64,000 bases of DNA from an uncultured delta proteobacterium (GCA_963771175.1 CAVYSY010000057.1:96001-160000), one strand, 5' to 3'. Counted from the first letter of the stretch, positions 1 through 20,305 are shown. Notes: generated by a model not told the origin, from the letters alone. Numbers and translations are program-made.

Positions 1-575
1 GGCACCGCGAAGGGCATCACGCGCAGGTTGCTCTCGGCGTAGCGCACGCCGGGCGCCATCGCGAGCCGCTGGACGAGGGCGGTGTGCTCCGCGCTCGACA
101 GGGAGCGCACGGGCGACGCGGCCTCGGTGCCGGACATGGCCTTCACCCCGGCGGGCTCATAGCGGATGACGTGCAGGTACTCGCTGGCGTAGCCCTTGTG
201 CACGGCCCGGTAGCCGGACACCTGTGCCCGGGCGATGGCCGCCTCCGGAGACAGGTTGGCTTCCTCGAAGCGGACGAGGACCTCCCCCTTGATGATGGGG
301 TCCTGCAGCACGAGGTTGCTCACGGGATAGCCCGTGCGCAGCACGCCCTTGGAGGCGAGCGCGCTGGCGATGGCCCGCGAGAGTTTCTGGTCGCCCCCGT
401 CCTGGAAGAGGACGGGCTGGACAGCGGTCTGGGCGTCGGCGGACTGACCCCGGAACGGGGCCAGGGTTCCCTGCACCGTGCCGGTGGGCTGGACGACAGG
501 AGGTAGTGGATCTTCTTCGACGATGGGACAGGCGGTGAGGCCCAACAGTCCCAGGATGGCGAGACGGCGAATCAT
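1..575 (-). CDS. Lipoprotein, probable S8 (subtilisin-like) serine protease, N-terminal part; runs off the window start
   Basis: Manual translation from ATG at 575: MIRRLAILGLLGLTAC (lipobox), then IIKGEVLVRF...GVRYAESNLRVMPFAVP, typical of a subtilase propeptide. Catalytic domain is outside the window. Confidence 0.65.
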   Translation of the reverse strand, partial: MIRRLAILGLLGLTACPIVEEDPLPPVVQPTGTVQGTLAPFRGQSADAQTAVQPVLFQDGGDQKLSRAIASALASKGVLRTGYPVSNLVLQDPIIKGEVLVRFEEANLSPEAAIARAQVSGYRAVHKGYASEYLHVIRYEPAGVKAMSGTEAASPVRSLSSAEHTALVQRLAMAPGVRYAESNLRVMPFAV

Positions 576-764
576 GAAAGGTTCCCCCGGACCGGATAAC
601 GGGTCCTGGGGCAGACCCTAGAGCCGCACGGGGCAGCGCGTCCAGACAGCGCGGCACGACGCCACGGCAGCCTGCCTGAATGCCCCCTGGACCCGGTGCG
701 AGCATTCTCCCTACGATGCGCGCCCGCGGTTGCTCACGGCGTGGACATCGAGGGGGTACACCGG

Positions 765-4609
<3,845 letters not shown>

Positions 4610-4612
4610 GCC

Positions 4613-4891
4613 ATGGACCTGGAATGGATGGCCTGGACGACTCCCACGGCCAGCTTCTTCGTCGTCATCGCGCTGCTGCTCGCGGCCTACACCGTCTGGG
4701 GGATTCGCTCCCCCTCCGTGCCGCGTCGAGGGCTGCTGCCCATGGTCACCACGCGCGGAGACCGGCTCTTCGTCGGCCTGCTGGGCAGCGCGTTCATCCA
4801 CCTCGCCTGGGTGGGGCTGACGGATGCGTGGATCTGGTTCGCCGTAGGTCTGTCGTTGCTGTTCATGGTCGTCATTGCACGCTGGGGGTAA
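4613..4891 (+). CDS. Small membrane protein, DUF2160 family (GlpU-like)
   Basis: WMAWT...TTRGDRLF motif, three hydrophobic segments, position between permeases and binding protein. Confidence 0.85.
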   Translation: MDLEWMAWTTPTASFFVVIALLLAAYTVWGIRSPSVPRRGLLPMVTTRGDRLFVGLLGSAFIHLAWVGLTDAWIWFAVGLSLLFMVVIARWG

Positions 4892-4895
4892 CACG

Positions 4896-6680
<1,785 letters not shown>

Positions 6681-7336
6681 CGCCTTTGGATGTTGGCGAG
6701 GCGTGCGAGCCTTCGGGGCCGCTCGCCAATTCACAGCCGAAAGCACATGCTCAAGCCCGGTACTAGTCGAGCACGTTTGCATAACCATGCAGGTGCGAGA
6801 ATACGGCTTTTCGGGGACGAGACGAGGTGACTGGCGGTCTGGACACCGGCTATGAGGGGATCGTTCCGCTTGCCAGTCGGATAGGCAGACACCGACCCCA
6901 GACTGACGGCTCACGAGGATCCAGAGTACCGCAAGGACTGCTGACACTTCTTTACGGCGACGATGGCGCCCGACTACGAAGGAGTGACCGAAGCCGAGAG
7001 CGGCACTTCGGCGCGACTCGTATCTGGGCTCTCATCGATACACGGCCAGTACGACTGAGGCACAAGCACTGATTGCGAGGCACTGGTTTCGGGGCTATCG
7101 CAAAGCTCCACTGGCCAGGACGCGAATGGCTGGTACAGATCGCCTGCTCAAACGAAAGTGGGGCAACTGGACGGCGCGAGGCTTGGCAACGTGCGCCCAA
7201 TGTGCCCTCGCAGCGTCAAGGATTAGCACGCTCATCGAGGCACTAGGCGTACGCACGAAACGAGAAAACTGCAACTGCCAACCGAGGCCCGCTCGAGTGG
7301 GGTCAAAATCAAACTTGACGAAGCCGAGCACTACGC

Positions 7337-7929
7337 TTGAAATGCCACAACCCGCTCGCACGAGACAGCTGCGCATGGCACATCGCAGCCTCGGAAGATC
7401 TGGTCAAGAAGTTCGAGGCGGCCAGGAAAGCCGGTGAGCGCGAGCGTGGGAGTCCAGAGCAGTTGAGGCTGCATCGCGAGCTCGCCGAGGAATGTCCTGC
7501 CTTCACCCACAACATCCGCTATCTGGCCCGACTGCAACAAGTCGTCGACCAGCCCGGCAGAAGCTCAGAGGAGGTGCTCTCCGAAATCCAGGCGCTTGCT
7601 GGAATCGGCCGTCCTGGGCTCAGACCGCAGCGCCCCGGTCCTTGCTGGAACTGGGCAACTTCCTGGACACCTTCCACGACGGCCCACCGGAGGCCATGAA
7701 GCTCTACGACGAAGGAGAGCAGCAGGCACTGGACACGCTCGAGGACGCGTGGTTCGGCAGAGATCAGGTACTGGAACCACGAGCGGACGAAGGAGTCACT
7801 GGGGAAAGCCCTGCGGCTGGCGAACTGGCGGAGCAGTCTTCCCAGAGCCCGGGACCCTCCTCTGGGACGAGAATGCGGACCACGAAGCGCTACGCCGCGC
7901 AGCAGGGTCTGACCGCATTGCCCTTCTGA
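7337..7929 (+). pseudogene. Helical (TPR-like) hypothetical protein broken by several frameshifts
   Basis: Three ORF pieces join into one plausible protein: LRLHRELAEECPAF...EIQA/LLESAVLGSDRSAPV/LLELGNFLDTFHD...AMKLYDEG. True start unclear. Confidence 0.5.
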
Positions 7930-8109
7930 TAGAGCGTTCCGTAGAATCACTGACTGCCTCATTGGCAGCTCGAACTCCAAGACGGCAGTATGTCTGGGAC
8001 TCTGAACATCTCGAGTACGCGCCATCGGCCAGCGCTCAAGCAACTGACTCTTGAAATCACGCACGGAGAAGCCCCATTCCGTCTCGATGACTACCAGATA
8101 ATCCATCAT
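7905..8109 (-). pseudogene. Truncated paralog of the adjacent putative immunity protein
   Basis: MMDYLVVIETEWGFSVRDFKSQLLERWPMAR...LEFELPMRQS aligns with MSYFIIIKTDWVFNAPGFSEQLLARWPTAR...LEFEFPMEKS of 8131-8502; similarity stops near 7910. Confidence 0.65.
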
Positions 8110-8130
8110 TCTTCAGAACACACTTGAACA

Positions 8131-8502
8131 TCAGCTCTCGGAAGAGCGCATTGACTGGACGATCTCAACCGGAGTCATGTCTGGCGCCAACACGAAATCG
8201 ATGCTCATCGAATCGTCACAAAAAACCACCTCCTCGCCGGGCGAGATGAGCGTGCGGCACCACCGGGCGAACTCCGCGCTGTCCTGGAGGCCAGCATGGA
8301 AGATGACTGCAGTACATTCCTGGTTGAGAGAACCGTAGAGCGTCGATTTCTCCATCGGAAATTCGAACTCCAAAAGGTGACTGTATTTTGTTTTTGGCTT
8401 TACCTCTTCTATCCGGGCCGTTGGCCAACGCGCGAGCAACTGCTCAGAGAACCCCGGAGCGTTGAAAACCCAGTCCGTCTTGATGATGATGAAGTAGCTC
8501 AT
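8131..8502 (-). CDS. Putative cognate immunity protein of the REase-fold toxin
   Basis: 123 aa, lower GC, starts 10 bp after the toxin stop, GAGGAAG RBS; no signal peptide. Confidence 0.7.
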   Translation of the reverse strand: MSYFIIIKTDWVFNAPGFSEQLLARWPTARIEEVKPKTKYSHLLEFEFPMEKSTLYGSLNQECTAVIFHAGLQDSAEFARWCRTLISPGEEVVFCDDSMSIDFVLAPDMTPVEIVQSMRSSES

Positions 8503-8512
8503 GAACACTTCC

Positions 8513-9607
8513 TCATTTGGGCTTGAGCACGACCCGGCCTGGAATACCGAACTCAGCCAGCAGTGCTTCAAAGAAAGGAAACGCACGAACATCATTGACA
8601 ATCACTTCGAGCCCTACGGCTGGAGTGGCAGGATCCGAAATGACCGCTGCATACCGAGAGAACTGATCCGCCTCCTCCTTCCGGATGATCTGCCTGATGC
8701 GCTCGTCGCATGCCGAACCCTCGATGAAGGGGCTCGTCCCAGGCTTGTCAACGTGCTTGGTATCGAGCAGGTGTGCATCGCTGGCGCGAGCGCCGTCCGC
8801 CCAGACCTTCTTGCCTCCTCCTTCGACAAGAATCTCCTCTGCGCCAGCATGCTTCTTCTGGAAATCAATGGCCTTCTCGGGCGTCTCCCGAGGCGACCTT
8901 CGCTGCGCCTTTCGGATCCACTTCTCGAAGACAACGGGGTCTGGCTTCTTCGCGGGGCGGCTCTCACCCTCGGGAGGCTCGCGATTTCCGCCCGAGCCTC
9001 CCGCCATCATGACCGCGGGAGCCGTGACCGAAGACGGGACGCGTTCCATCGCCGTCGCGGCGACGCGGCCCCCTTGGGGCAAGGCAAACTCCGGCGTGGG
9101 AGGGGGAGGGCCTCGGGGCGCCTTCGCCAGAGCTTCCCTCGTCAGGATGAAGGCCACGACGTTGATGCCCACCATCGAGAGGGCTCGCGCCAGGGCCGTG
9201 GCTGCTTCATCGAGCTCCGCCGTGCTCCGAGCGCTCGTGGCTCGGTTCACGAACGTCCACAGGAACTGAGTGAGATCTACCGCCTGACCGGCCAGGAGCG
9301 ACACACCCAGCGCGAGCAGCGCGGCGTCCACCACCTCACCCGCAACAGGGACACCTTGGGACCCGAGCCATACGGCTGTCAGGGTCCCCATGAGGGCGAG
9401 GTTCTCGGGAGTGAGCAGGACCCGCGCATCCTCCGTCATCGTCGCTGGCAGTTCCGAGAGGGCCCGCGAGAACGCTCGACACAACTTCTCCTCTTTTTCC
9501 ATCCGAGCCACCGGCAGGGACGTTGTCCTGCACAGGGCATCCTCGGCCGACTTGGCCGAGGCAGAGAACGCGAACAGCAGGCCCAAACAGAGGGCAAGGC
9601 CCTTCAT
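8513..9607 (-). CDS. Secreted polymorphic toxin with C-terminal restriction-endonuclease-fold domain (Tox-REase-2-like)
   Basis: Sec signal MKGLALCLGLLFAFSASA, hydrophobic helical region, Pro linker, then EEILV..VWADG...LLDTK (PD-(D/E)xK-like) and FSRYAAVISDPATP..GLEVIVND..GIPGRVV. Confidence 0.75.
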   Translation of the reverse strand: MKGLALCLGLLFAFSASAKSAEDALCRTTSLPVARMEKEEKLCRAFSRALSELPATMTEDARVLLTPENLALMGTLTAVWLGSQGVPVAGEVVDAALLALGVSLLAGQAVDLTQFLWTFVNRATSARSTAELDEAATALARALSMVGINVVAFILTREALAKAPRGPPPPTPEFALPQGGRVAATAMERVPSSVTAPAVMMAGGSGGNREPPEGESRPAKKPDPVVFEKWIRKAQRRSPRETPEKAIDFQKKHAGAEEILVEGGGKKVWADGARASDAHLLDTKHVDKPGTSPFIEGSACDERIRQIIRKEEADQFSRYAAVISDPATPAVGLEVIVNDVRAFPFFEALLAEFGIPGRVVLKPK

Positions 9608-9648
9608 GTGAACTTCCTTCTCGCAATGGCGACAACCCTGTCTTGGGC

Positions 9649-13970
<4,322 letters not shown>

Positions 13971-14076
13971 GGCGCTCTCCCTTCAGACTGAACACCGGTT
14001 TAGGAGGGGCGTCAACGCGCCCGCCCGCCCGCTCGTCCAGCCCGATTGCCCACCCCTGGAGCGGGAGGAGGTGTCA

Positions 14077-14175
14077 GACTCGACTTTCGCCATTTCTGAC
14101 CGGCTTCCTCTGGCCTCCCTCTGGGAAGGCGCCTCTTTTCCCCTCTGAGGCGCCCAAAATGGCGAAAGTCGAGTC
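14077..14175. repeat. 99-bp element bounded by perfect 19-bp inverted repeats (MITE/REP-like)
   Basis: GACTCGACTTTCGCCATTT (14077-14095) is the exact reverse complement of AAATGGCGAAAGTCGAGTC (14157-14175). Confidence 0.8.
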
Positions 14176-14193
14176 AGAGACTTCCTCTCCCCA

Positions 14194-14739
14194 TCACCCG
14201 ATCGGATCCGGCGAGGGCGGGCCGCCGATGAAACCCGCCGGCGTCGTCAGGTAGCGCCAGGAGAGCGCGGACAGCACCCCGAACAGGATGAGCGCCGTTG
14301 CCAGCGCGGCCCGCTGTCGCGCCGACGAGGTCAGGCGCGAGCGCAGGAGTGCTTCCGGTCCGACCGCCCCCAGCGGCAGCGAGACGACGAGCCAGACCAG
14401 TGTGGCCCCGAGCCAGACGGTCGCGAACAGACCCAGCCGCTCCGCCTGGTTGAGCAAGGTGAATTTCGACAACACCCAGAGGCTCGTGAGCACGACCCCC
14501 GCCGAAAGCGTCGCCCCGATCAGCCGTACCCGCCCGAAGCCGCGGAGACGCGCGAACGCTTCCAGCCCGAGATCGAGCGTCGCTACGATCAGCAGTGGCG
14601 TCACCACCGCCGCGAAGGGCGACGGAAACGCGGACAGCGCGCCGAACAATGTCGCATAGACCCACGGCGCGGCCAGCAGGCCCAGCAGCAATGCGCCGAG
14701 CCCCGCCGCGCCCGGGTTCCTCCGCCGTCCGGTGGTCAT
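14194..14739 (-). CDS. Hypothetical multi-pass membrane protein, putative immunity partner
   Basis: 181 aa, about five hydrophobic segments; ATG overlaps the upstream TGA (ATGA at 14736-14739). Confidence 0.65.
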   Translation of the reverse strand: MTTGRRRNPGAAGLGALLLGLLAAPWVYATLFGALSAFPSPFAAVVTPLLIVATLDLGLEAFARLRGFGRVRLIGATLSAGVVLTSLWVLSKFTLLNQAERLGLFATVWLGATLVWLVVSLPLGAVGPEALLRSRLTSSARQRAALATALILFGVLSALSWRYLTTPAGFIGGPPSPDPIG

Positions 14740-15928
14740 GGGCGCGCGCCCCGAGCGGTGGAAACAGGGACCCTGAACTCCCTTTCGAAAGCGATGCGGG
14801 TGATGAGCGGCACATAGCCGTGCTGGTGCTGAAGTTGCCACCAGGCGGTGATGCCCTGTGCCGCGTCGCTGTCGATAAGGCCGCCGTCGGCTCCGTATTC
14901 CTTCAGGTCGTCGTCATCGAGCCCGAACGCGTCATAGAACACGTATTCCAGCTTGATGTAGTACTCGTTCTTGCAGCGGTCGAGGTGGTACGCCTTGGCG
15001 ACCACGATCGCGTGTTGGACGCCGTTGATCATCACCCCCAGCCCATTGCCGAAATCATCCGTGTGCCAGGCTGGGCTCCCACGGTTGAAAGCCGGCACGC
15101 CCAGTCCCGTCGCGGGCACGGCGGCGTTGATGTCCCAGCCGGCGTTCTCGAGCACCTGGTGAATCCTCATCTGCCCCGGGGAGCGCTCCGGCGAATTCGG
15201 TGCGGAGAGCGCTCGATGGACGAAGGTGATGACGTTGGGATGCGCCTGGGCGTCCGCGTTGAGGCCCGTGTCGCTCCAGAACGCCAGGGCGCGTTGCGGT
15301 TTGAGGAAGGCGTCGAACAGCCGCCGCGCCTTGCCACGCGTGTCATTCTTCGCGAACTCCGTCAGCAGGCGGCGCATCTTGGTGTCCAGGGAGGCGGGGC
15401 TCGTGCCGACGCTGGGCCCATGGGGTTGCGGCCGCCCCGTGGAGAAGGAGATGTCCTGGCCGAAGCCCAGCACGTACCCGCCGGGAAGCAGGGGGTCGGC
15501 AACGTTCATGATGGGCGTCAGATAGCTGTCGGTCGCGATGGCGATGATCTTCGGCCGGGCGAGCTGGAAACTAACGGGGGTGTCGCAGGAAGGGCTCTGT
15601 TTCTGTTTTTGATGGAGCTGCAACCCGATGTGCCGCAGTGTGATGTCCGCCTTGATGTCTTGCTTGACGTTACCCTTGGCCGTGTTTGTGGGTGGAACAG
15701 GTTGATCAGCGCCCTGGACACATACCCCTTCAAGCGCTTCTGGCTTTCGAGATTGCACTCGACATACAGCCACCCCCCGGATCGGAGGACGACCTTGACG
15801 TTCGCGCCACGGGGCAAGTCCGCCAGGGTACGCGCTCCAGCGGTCGGCCTGCTACGAAGCGCGGCACTCCAAGGAACGATCTCGCCAGACCACGGGAAGC
15901 TATTGGGCTGCTGAGATACAGGTGGCAT
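14736..15928 (-). CDS. SH3-like domain + DUF3289-like protein, one frameshift near 15650-15720
   Basis: AGGAGG RBS then MPPVSQQ...AALRSRPTAGARTLADLPRGANVKVV..GGWLYV..KGYVS (SH3b-like); other frame PAFN..DDFGNGLGVMIN..YDAFGLDDDDL..WWQLQHQHGYVPLIT. Confidence 0.6.
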
Positions 15929-16028
15929 TGCATCCTCCTGACTTCCCCTTGGCTCGCGATCCAGAGTACCACCAGTCGTCAGGCTTCGGGCGTAGAGCAG
16001 TGCCACCTCGGCCCCGCAGTGCCGGGAG

Positions 16029-16069
16029 AAAAAGAAAACCCCGGCTCGCCTGATGGCGCCCGGGGCTTT
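16029..16069 (-). terminator. Rho-independent terminator-like hairpin
   Basis: Minus strand CCCCGGGCGCC-ATCA-GGCGAGCCGGGG followed by TTTTCTTTTT. Confidence 0.6.
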
Positions 16070-16261
16070 GCTACATCCCTTGCTTCTCTCCGGCCAACTG
16101 CTTGAGTCAGCCTCTTGCGACAACTACGTTGACACTCACCGGGGCCGCCCCGCTGACTGGAATTCGATTCCGAGGGTGAACATCCCCCTCACCCCGGGGG
16201 GCAGTGGGTGACCCCCGGGAGCATGACGAGCTTCCCCTCCCGCCATGTGGGAGGACGCCCG

Positions 16262-17047
16262 ATGATGCTGCAGGAAAGCGAACTGATTGCGACCCGAGGG
16301 GCCCGGCCGCCCCAGTTCAACCCCTCGCTCCAGCACGGCACCAAGGGGGTGAACGTCAGCACCGGGGAGCGGCTGGTCTCGGTGGTGGTGGGGCTCGGGC
16401 TCGTGGGCTACGGGCTGCGACGCCGCACCGTGCCCTCCTTCCTGCTGGCGATGGTGGGCGGCTCCCTCCTGCGCCGGGGGGTGACGGGGCACTGCCAGAC
16501 GCTCTCCCAGATGGGCTTGACGGAGGTGGCGGGCGAGCCCGGTGTCGCCTTCGAGCTGAGCACCACCCTCCTCAAGCCGCGTGAGGAGGTGTACCAGGCG
16601 TGGCGCGACTTCGAGAAACACCCGCGCTTCATCCCCCACCTGCTCTCGGTGCGGAACATGGAGGCCGGGCGAAGCCACTGGGTGTTCCAGGGACCCGCGA
16701 GCGCCATCCTCGAGTGGGACGCCCAGGTGACGGAGGACACGCCGGGCCAGCGGATTGAGTGGAACACCCTGCCCGGCTCGAAGCTCCAGCACACCGGCAC
16801 CGTCCGCTTCGAGGACGCGCCGAGCAACCGGGGCACGGTGGTGCACCTCGCGCTGCGCTACCACATCCCGGGTGGCCGGGCCGCGGTGATGGTCGCGAAG
16901 CTGCTCGGCGAGGAGCCCAAGCAACACCTCTCGCGCGGCCTGAACCAGTTCAAGCAGTTCCTGGAGACGGGAGAGGTGGCCACGGTCGACTCCCAGCCCC
17001 ACGGCCACCGCTCGCGGCTGGGCCGGACGCTGTCGCCGCGCTCCTGA
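16262..17047 (+). CDS. SRPBCC-family cyclase/dehydrase-like protein with N-terminal DUF2892-like TM region
   Basis: [17 protein letters not shown], then [46 protein letters not shown]; usual partner of the next gene. Confidence 0.85.
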   Translation: MMLQESELIATRGARPPQFNPSLQHGTKGVNVSTGERLVSVVVGLGLVGYGLRRRTVPSFLLAMVGGSLLRRGVTGHCQTLSQMGLTEVAGEPGVAFELSTTLLKPREEVYQAWRDFEKHPRFIPHLLSVRNMEAGRSHWVFQGPASAILEWDAQVTEDTPGQRIEWNTLPGSKLQHTGTVRFEDAPSNRGTVVHLALRYHIPGGRAAVMVAKLLGEEPKQHLSRGLNQFKQFLETGEVATVDSQPHGHRSRLGRTLSPRS

Positions 17048-17076
17048 GCAGAGGACCCGAGGACGGAGGAGAAACC

Positions 17077-18245
17077 ATGAAGGCTGTGTGCTGGACGGGT
17101 GTGAACGACGTGCGGGTGGAGCAGGTCCCCGACCCCTCGCTCCTCAATCCGCGGGACGCCATCGTGAAGGTGCGGGCCACCACCATCTGCGGCTCGGACC
17201 TGCACCTCTATGACGGCTACATCCCCTCCATGCTCAAGGGCGACATCCTCGGCCACGAGTTCATGGGCGAGGTGGTGGAGGTGGGCAGCAGGTGAAGAAC
17301 CTGAAGCCGGGCGACCGCGTCGTCGTCCCCTCGGTCATCGCCTGCGGCGACTGCTTCTACTGCAAGAAGGGCCAGTTCTCCCTCTGCGACAACACCAACC
17401 CCAAGCCGGCGGTGGCGGAGAAGATGTGGGGGCACGCCACGTGCGGCATCTTCGGCTACTCGCACATGATGGGCGGCTACGCGGGCAGCCACGCCGAGTA
17501 CGTCCGCGTGCCCTTCGCGGACGTGGGGCCGCGCAAGGTGCCGGAGGGCATCAGTGACGAGCAGGCCCTCTTCATCTCGGACGCCTTCCCCACCGGCTTC
17601 ATGGGCGCGGACCTGTGCGGCATCGAGCACGGCGACACCGTGGCCGTGTGGGGCTGCGGCGCGGTGGGCCTCTTCGCCATGAAGAGCGCATGGCTGCTCG
17701 GGGCCGGGCGCGTCATCGCCATCGACCGGCTGGCGGATCGGCTGGAGGTGGCGCGCAAGCACTGCCAGGCCGAGGTGCTCGACTACACGAAGGTGAACGT
17801 GGTCGAGGCGCTCAAGGAGCTCACCGGCGGGCAGGGCCCGGACGCGTGCATCGACGCGGTGGGCATGGAGGCCCACGAGACGGGCTACGAGGGCGCGTAC
17901 GACCGGGTGAAGCAGGCCATGCGGTTGGAGACGGAGCGCCCGTACGTGCTGCGCGAGGCCATCCACGCCTGCCGCAAGGGCGGCACCCTCTCCGTCATGG
18001 GCGTGTACGGCGGCGTGGTGGACAAGTTCCCCCTCGGCGCGGCGATGAACAAGGGCCTGACGCTGCGGATGGGGCAGATGCACGCCCAGCGCTACCTGGA
18101 CCGGCTCATCGGCCACGTGGAGCGCGGCGAGGTGGACCCCTCCTTCGTGGTGTCCCACCGGATGGCGCTCGACGAGGCGCCCCGGGCCTATGACATGTTC
18201 AAGAAGAAGACCGACCACTGCCTGCGCGTGGTGCTGAGCGCGTAG
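17077..18245 (+). CDS. Zinc-dependent alcohol/formaldehyde dehydrogenase, one frameshift near 17290
   Basis: [27 protein letters not shown]...C, VWGCGAVG. Confidence 0.88.
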
Positions 18246-18284
18246 CCCCGACGGTGGCGCCTGGCCCCGCCAGGAAGGGGGGCT

Positions 18285-18890
18285 TCAGCGCCTCGCCACC
18301 CCCACGGCCGCCATCGAGCCGGTGGCGGCGTGTGTCCAGGCGAGGCGGAACGTGGCGGCCGTCCCGTCGAAGGCCACCGGCTGCACGGTGATGTCACCGG
18401 CCCCCGCCGAGAGCAGCGTCTCCGAGAGGAAGCCACAGGCGAAGAAGGGGTTGTCCGCGGCCACGTCCTTCATCCACAGCGTGGCCGCGTGGGTGCCCAG
18501 CTCCTCCACCTTCACCTCGTTGAAGTTGTTGCCGGCGCGCACGTTGTGCGGCACGCGTTCCAGCGTGTGCCGGGGCCCCAGCCTCGTGACGAGCGCCATG
18601 CTGGCGCGCCCCTGCGCCGTCTGCCGGTAGCCCCGCAGGTAGCGCTCGCCCAGGCTGAACCACGCCTCCCGGGGCGAGGCCGCCGGGAAGACGTCGCTCG
18701 CCGCCACGCGCAAGAACGCCTTCCACTGCTCCAGCGGGTAGGCCGGCCGCAGCGGCTCGCCCAGGTCCAGGCCCACCTCCCTCAGCCGGCGCCGGCCCTC
18801 GCGGGACAGGTGCGGCCCCAGGGCACGGATGAAGAGGGCTTCCACGGACTGCGCGAAGAGGAGCTTCTCGCTGGCGAGCGCGGAGGTCAT
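18285..18890 (-). CDS. DUF2378 (Myxococcales-restricted) family protein
   Basis: LFAQSVEALF..LREVGLDL..LRPAYP..W..LG..GY..T..GR..LGP..L.R..N.RAGNNF pattern. Confidence 0.8.
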   Translation of the reverse strand: MTSALASEKLLFAQSVEALFIRALGPHLSREGRRRLREVGLDLGEPLRPAYPLEQWKAFLRVAASDVFPAASPREAWFSLGERYLRGYRQTAQGRASMALVTRLGPRHTLERVPHNVRAGNNFNEVKVEELGTHAATLWMKDVAADNPFFACGFLSETLLSAGAGDITVQPVAFDGTAATFRLAWTHAATGSMAAVGVARR

Positions 18891-19011
18891 GCCCGAAGGG
18901 TGACAGTCCCCTCCGACGCGAGGCCATGCCCCCACCTGGGACTCTGTGCGCTGGTGGAAACTAGAGAGCCCCGAAGGCCCGGGATTGTCCGCTACCGCGC
19001 AGGCGGGGCGT

Positions 19012-20098
19012 TCACACCCGCATCTTCAGCCGGGTCTCCTGCACCGTGTCGGAGGGGGCGGGCACCTTCTCGCGCTCGGCCTGGCGCAGCAGGCGGAGGA
19101 TGGGCGGGCCGAGCACATCCACCTCGGTGGACGCGAAGGTCTCGCGAGCCGAAGCGGCGGAGGGTCTCCGTCTGGCGCGCGAGCATCGTCGCGTCCTGCC
19201 CGAAGATGTGGAGGGCCACGGGGGTGAGGAAGGGCTTCACCAGCCAGTGCGGCAGGGGCATGCGGAAGGTGACGACGGCGTACACCACCGTGTCCCAGTC
19301 ATCCGCGGGCGTCATCGCCGAGGTGACGAGCAGGTGGCTGTCATCGCCGATGCGGTACTCCACCTGGGCGATGGAGGGCAGGAGGAAGCGGTCGAAGTGC
19401 TGCACCACGCCGCCGCTGGGGGCCAGCAGCTTGCCCGCGAGGCCCTCCGGGCGCGGCTCGCCGATGTACTCGGCCTCCACGCGGTCGGCGCCCTTGCGCA
19501 CGCACCACTTCAATCTCGCTGCGCTTCTTCTCGGTGCGGAACAGGCCCCCGTGGAGGAAGGCGGTGTGGGGGACGTCGAGCGTGTTCTCCAGCAGTGGCG
19601 TGCAGCGAGCCCTTCGCGCGCAGGGTGCGGCGCACGGTGCTGTAGCCGTGGGCGTCCAGCAGGGGGAAGCGGTAGGGCTCGTGCGTGGGCTCGACGCCGG
19701 GGGTGGAGTACACCCAGACGAAGCCGTCCTGCTCGCGCGTGGCGTGCCAGGCCGCGCAGCGGGACTTCGCGCCGGGCTCTCCGACGAGGCCGGGGATGGC
19801 ACGGCACTCGCCCGCCGGCGTCGAAGCGCCAGCCGTGGTAGGCGCACTGGAGTTGGCCGCCCACCACGCGTCCCATCGACAGGGGCACGTTGCGGTGGGG
19901 GCAGCGGTCCACCAGCGCGGCGGGCTTGCCGCTCTCGGTGCGGAAGAGCACGAGCGGCAGGCCCTGCAGCATGCGCGCGAGCGGCTTGCGGCCCAGTTCC
20001 CGCGAGGCACAGAGGATGAACCAGCTCTGCGGGAGCCGGACCACCGAGACGATTCCAGAAGGGACGCCCGAGCCACGCGCCTCATCGCGAGAGAACAT
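19012..20098 (-). CDS. Rieske non-heme iron oxygenase alpha subunit (VanA-like), several frameshifts
   Basis: DRCPHRNVPLSMG...LQCAYHGWRFD Rieske motif; ENTLDVPHTAFLH iron-binding motif; IFGQDA in later frames. Confidence 0.8.
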
Positions 20099-20305
20099 GG
20101 GCACCAGTCTAATGAGACGCCCGCCAAGTGCACGCTTAGTGCCAGAGCCCCGGCGAGGGACATTCTGCCCCAAGCCTCCAAGCCCGTGGCGAAATGCCCC
20201 ACTGGCCCTGTCGACGCGCCCGCCGGGCGAGGCGCGCTTCGGCGCGGCGCGCGTGCCTCCGAGAGGTCCTGGAGCGGCATGGGCATTGCTTGCCCGATCC
20301 CAGTC

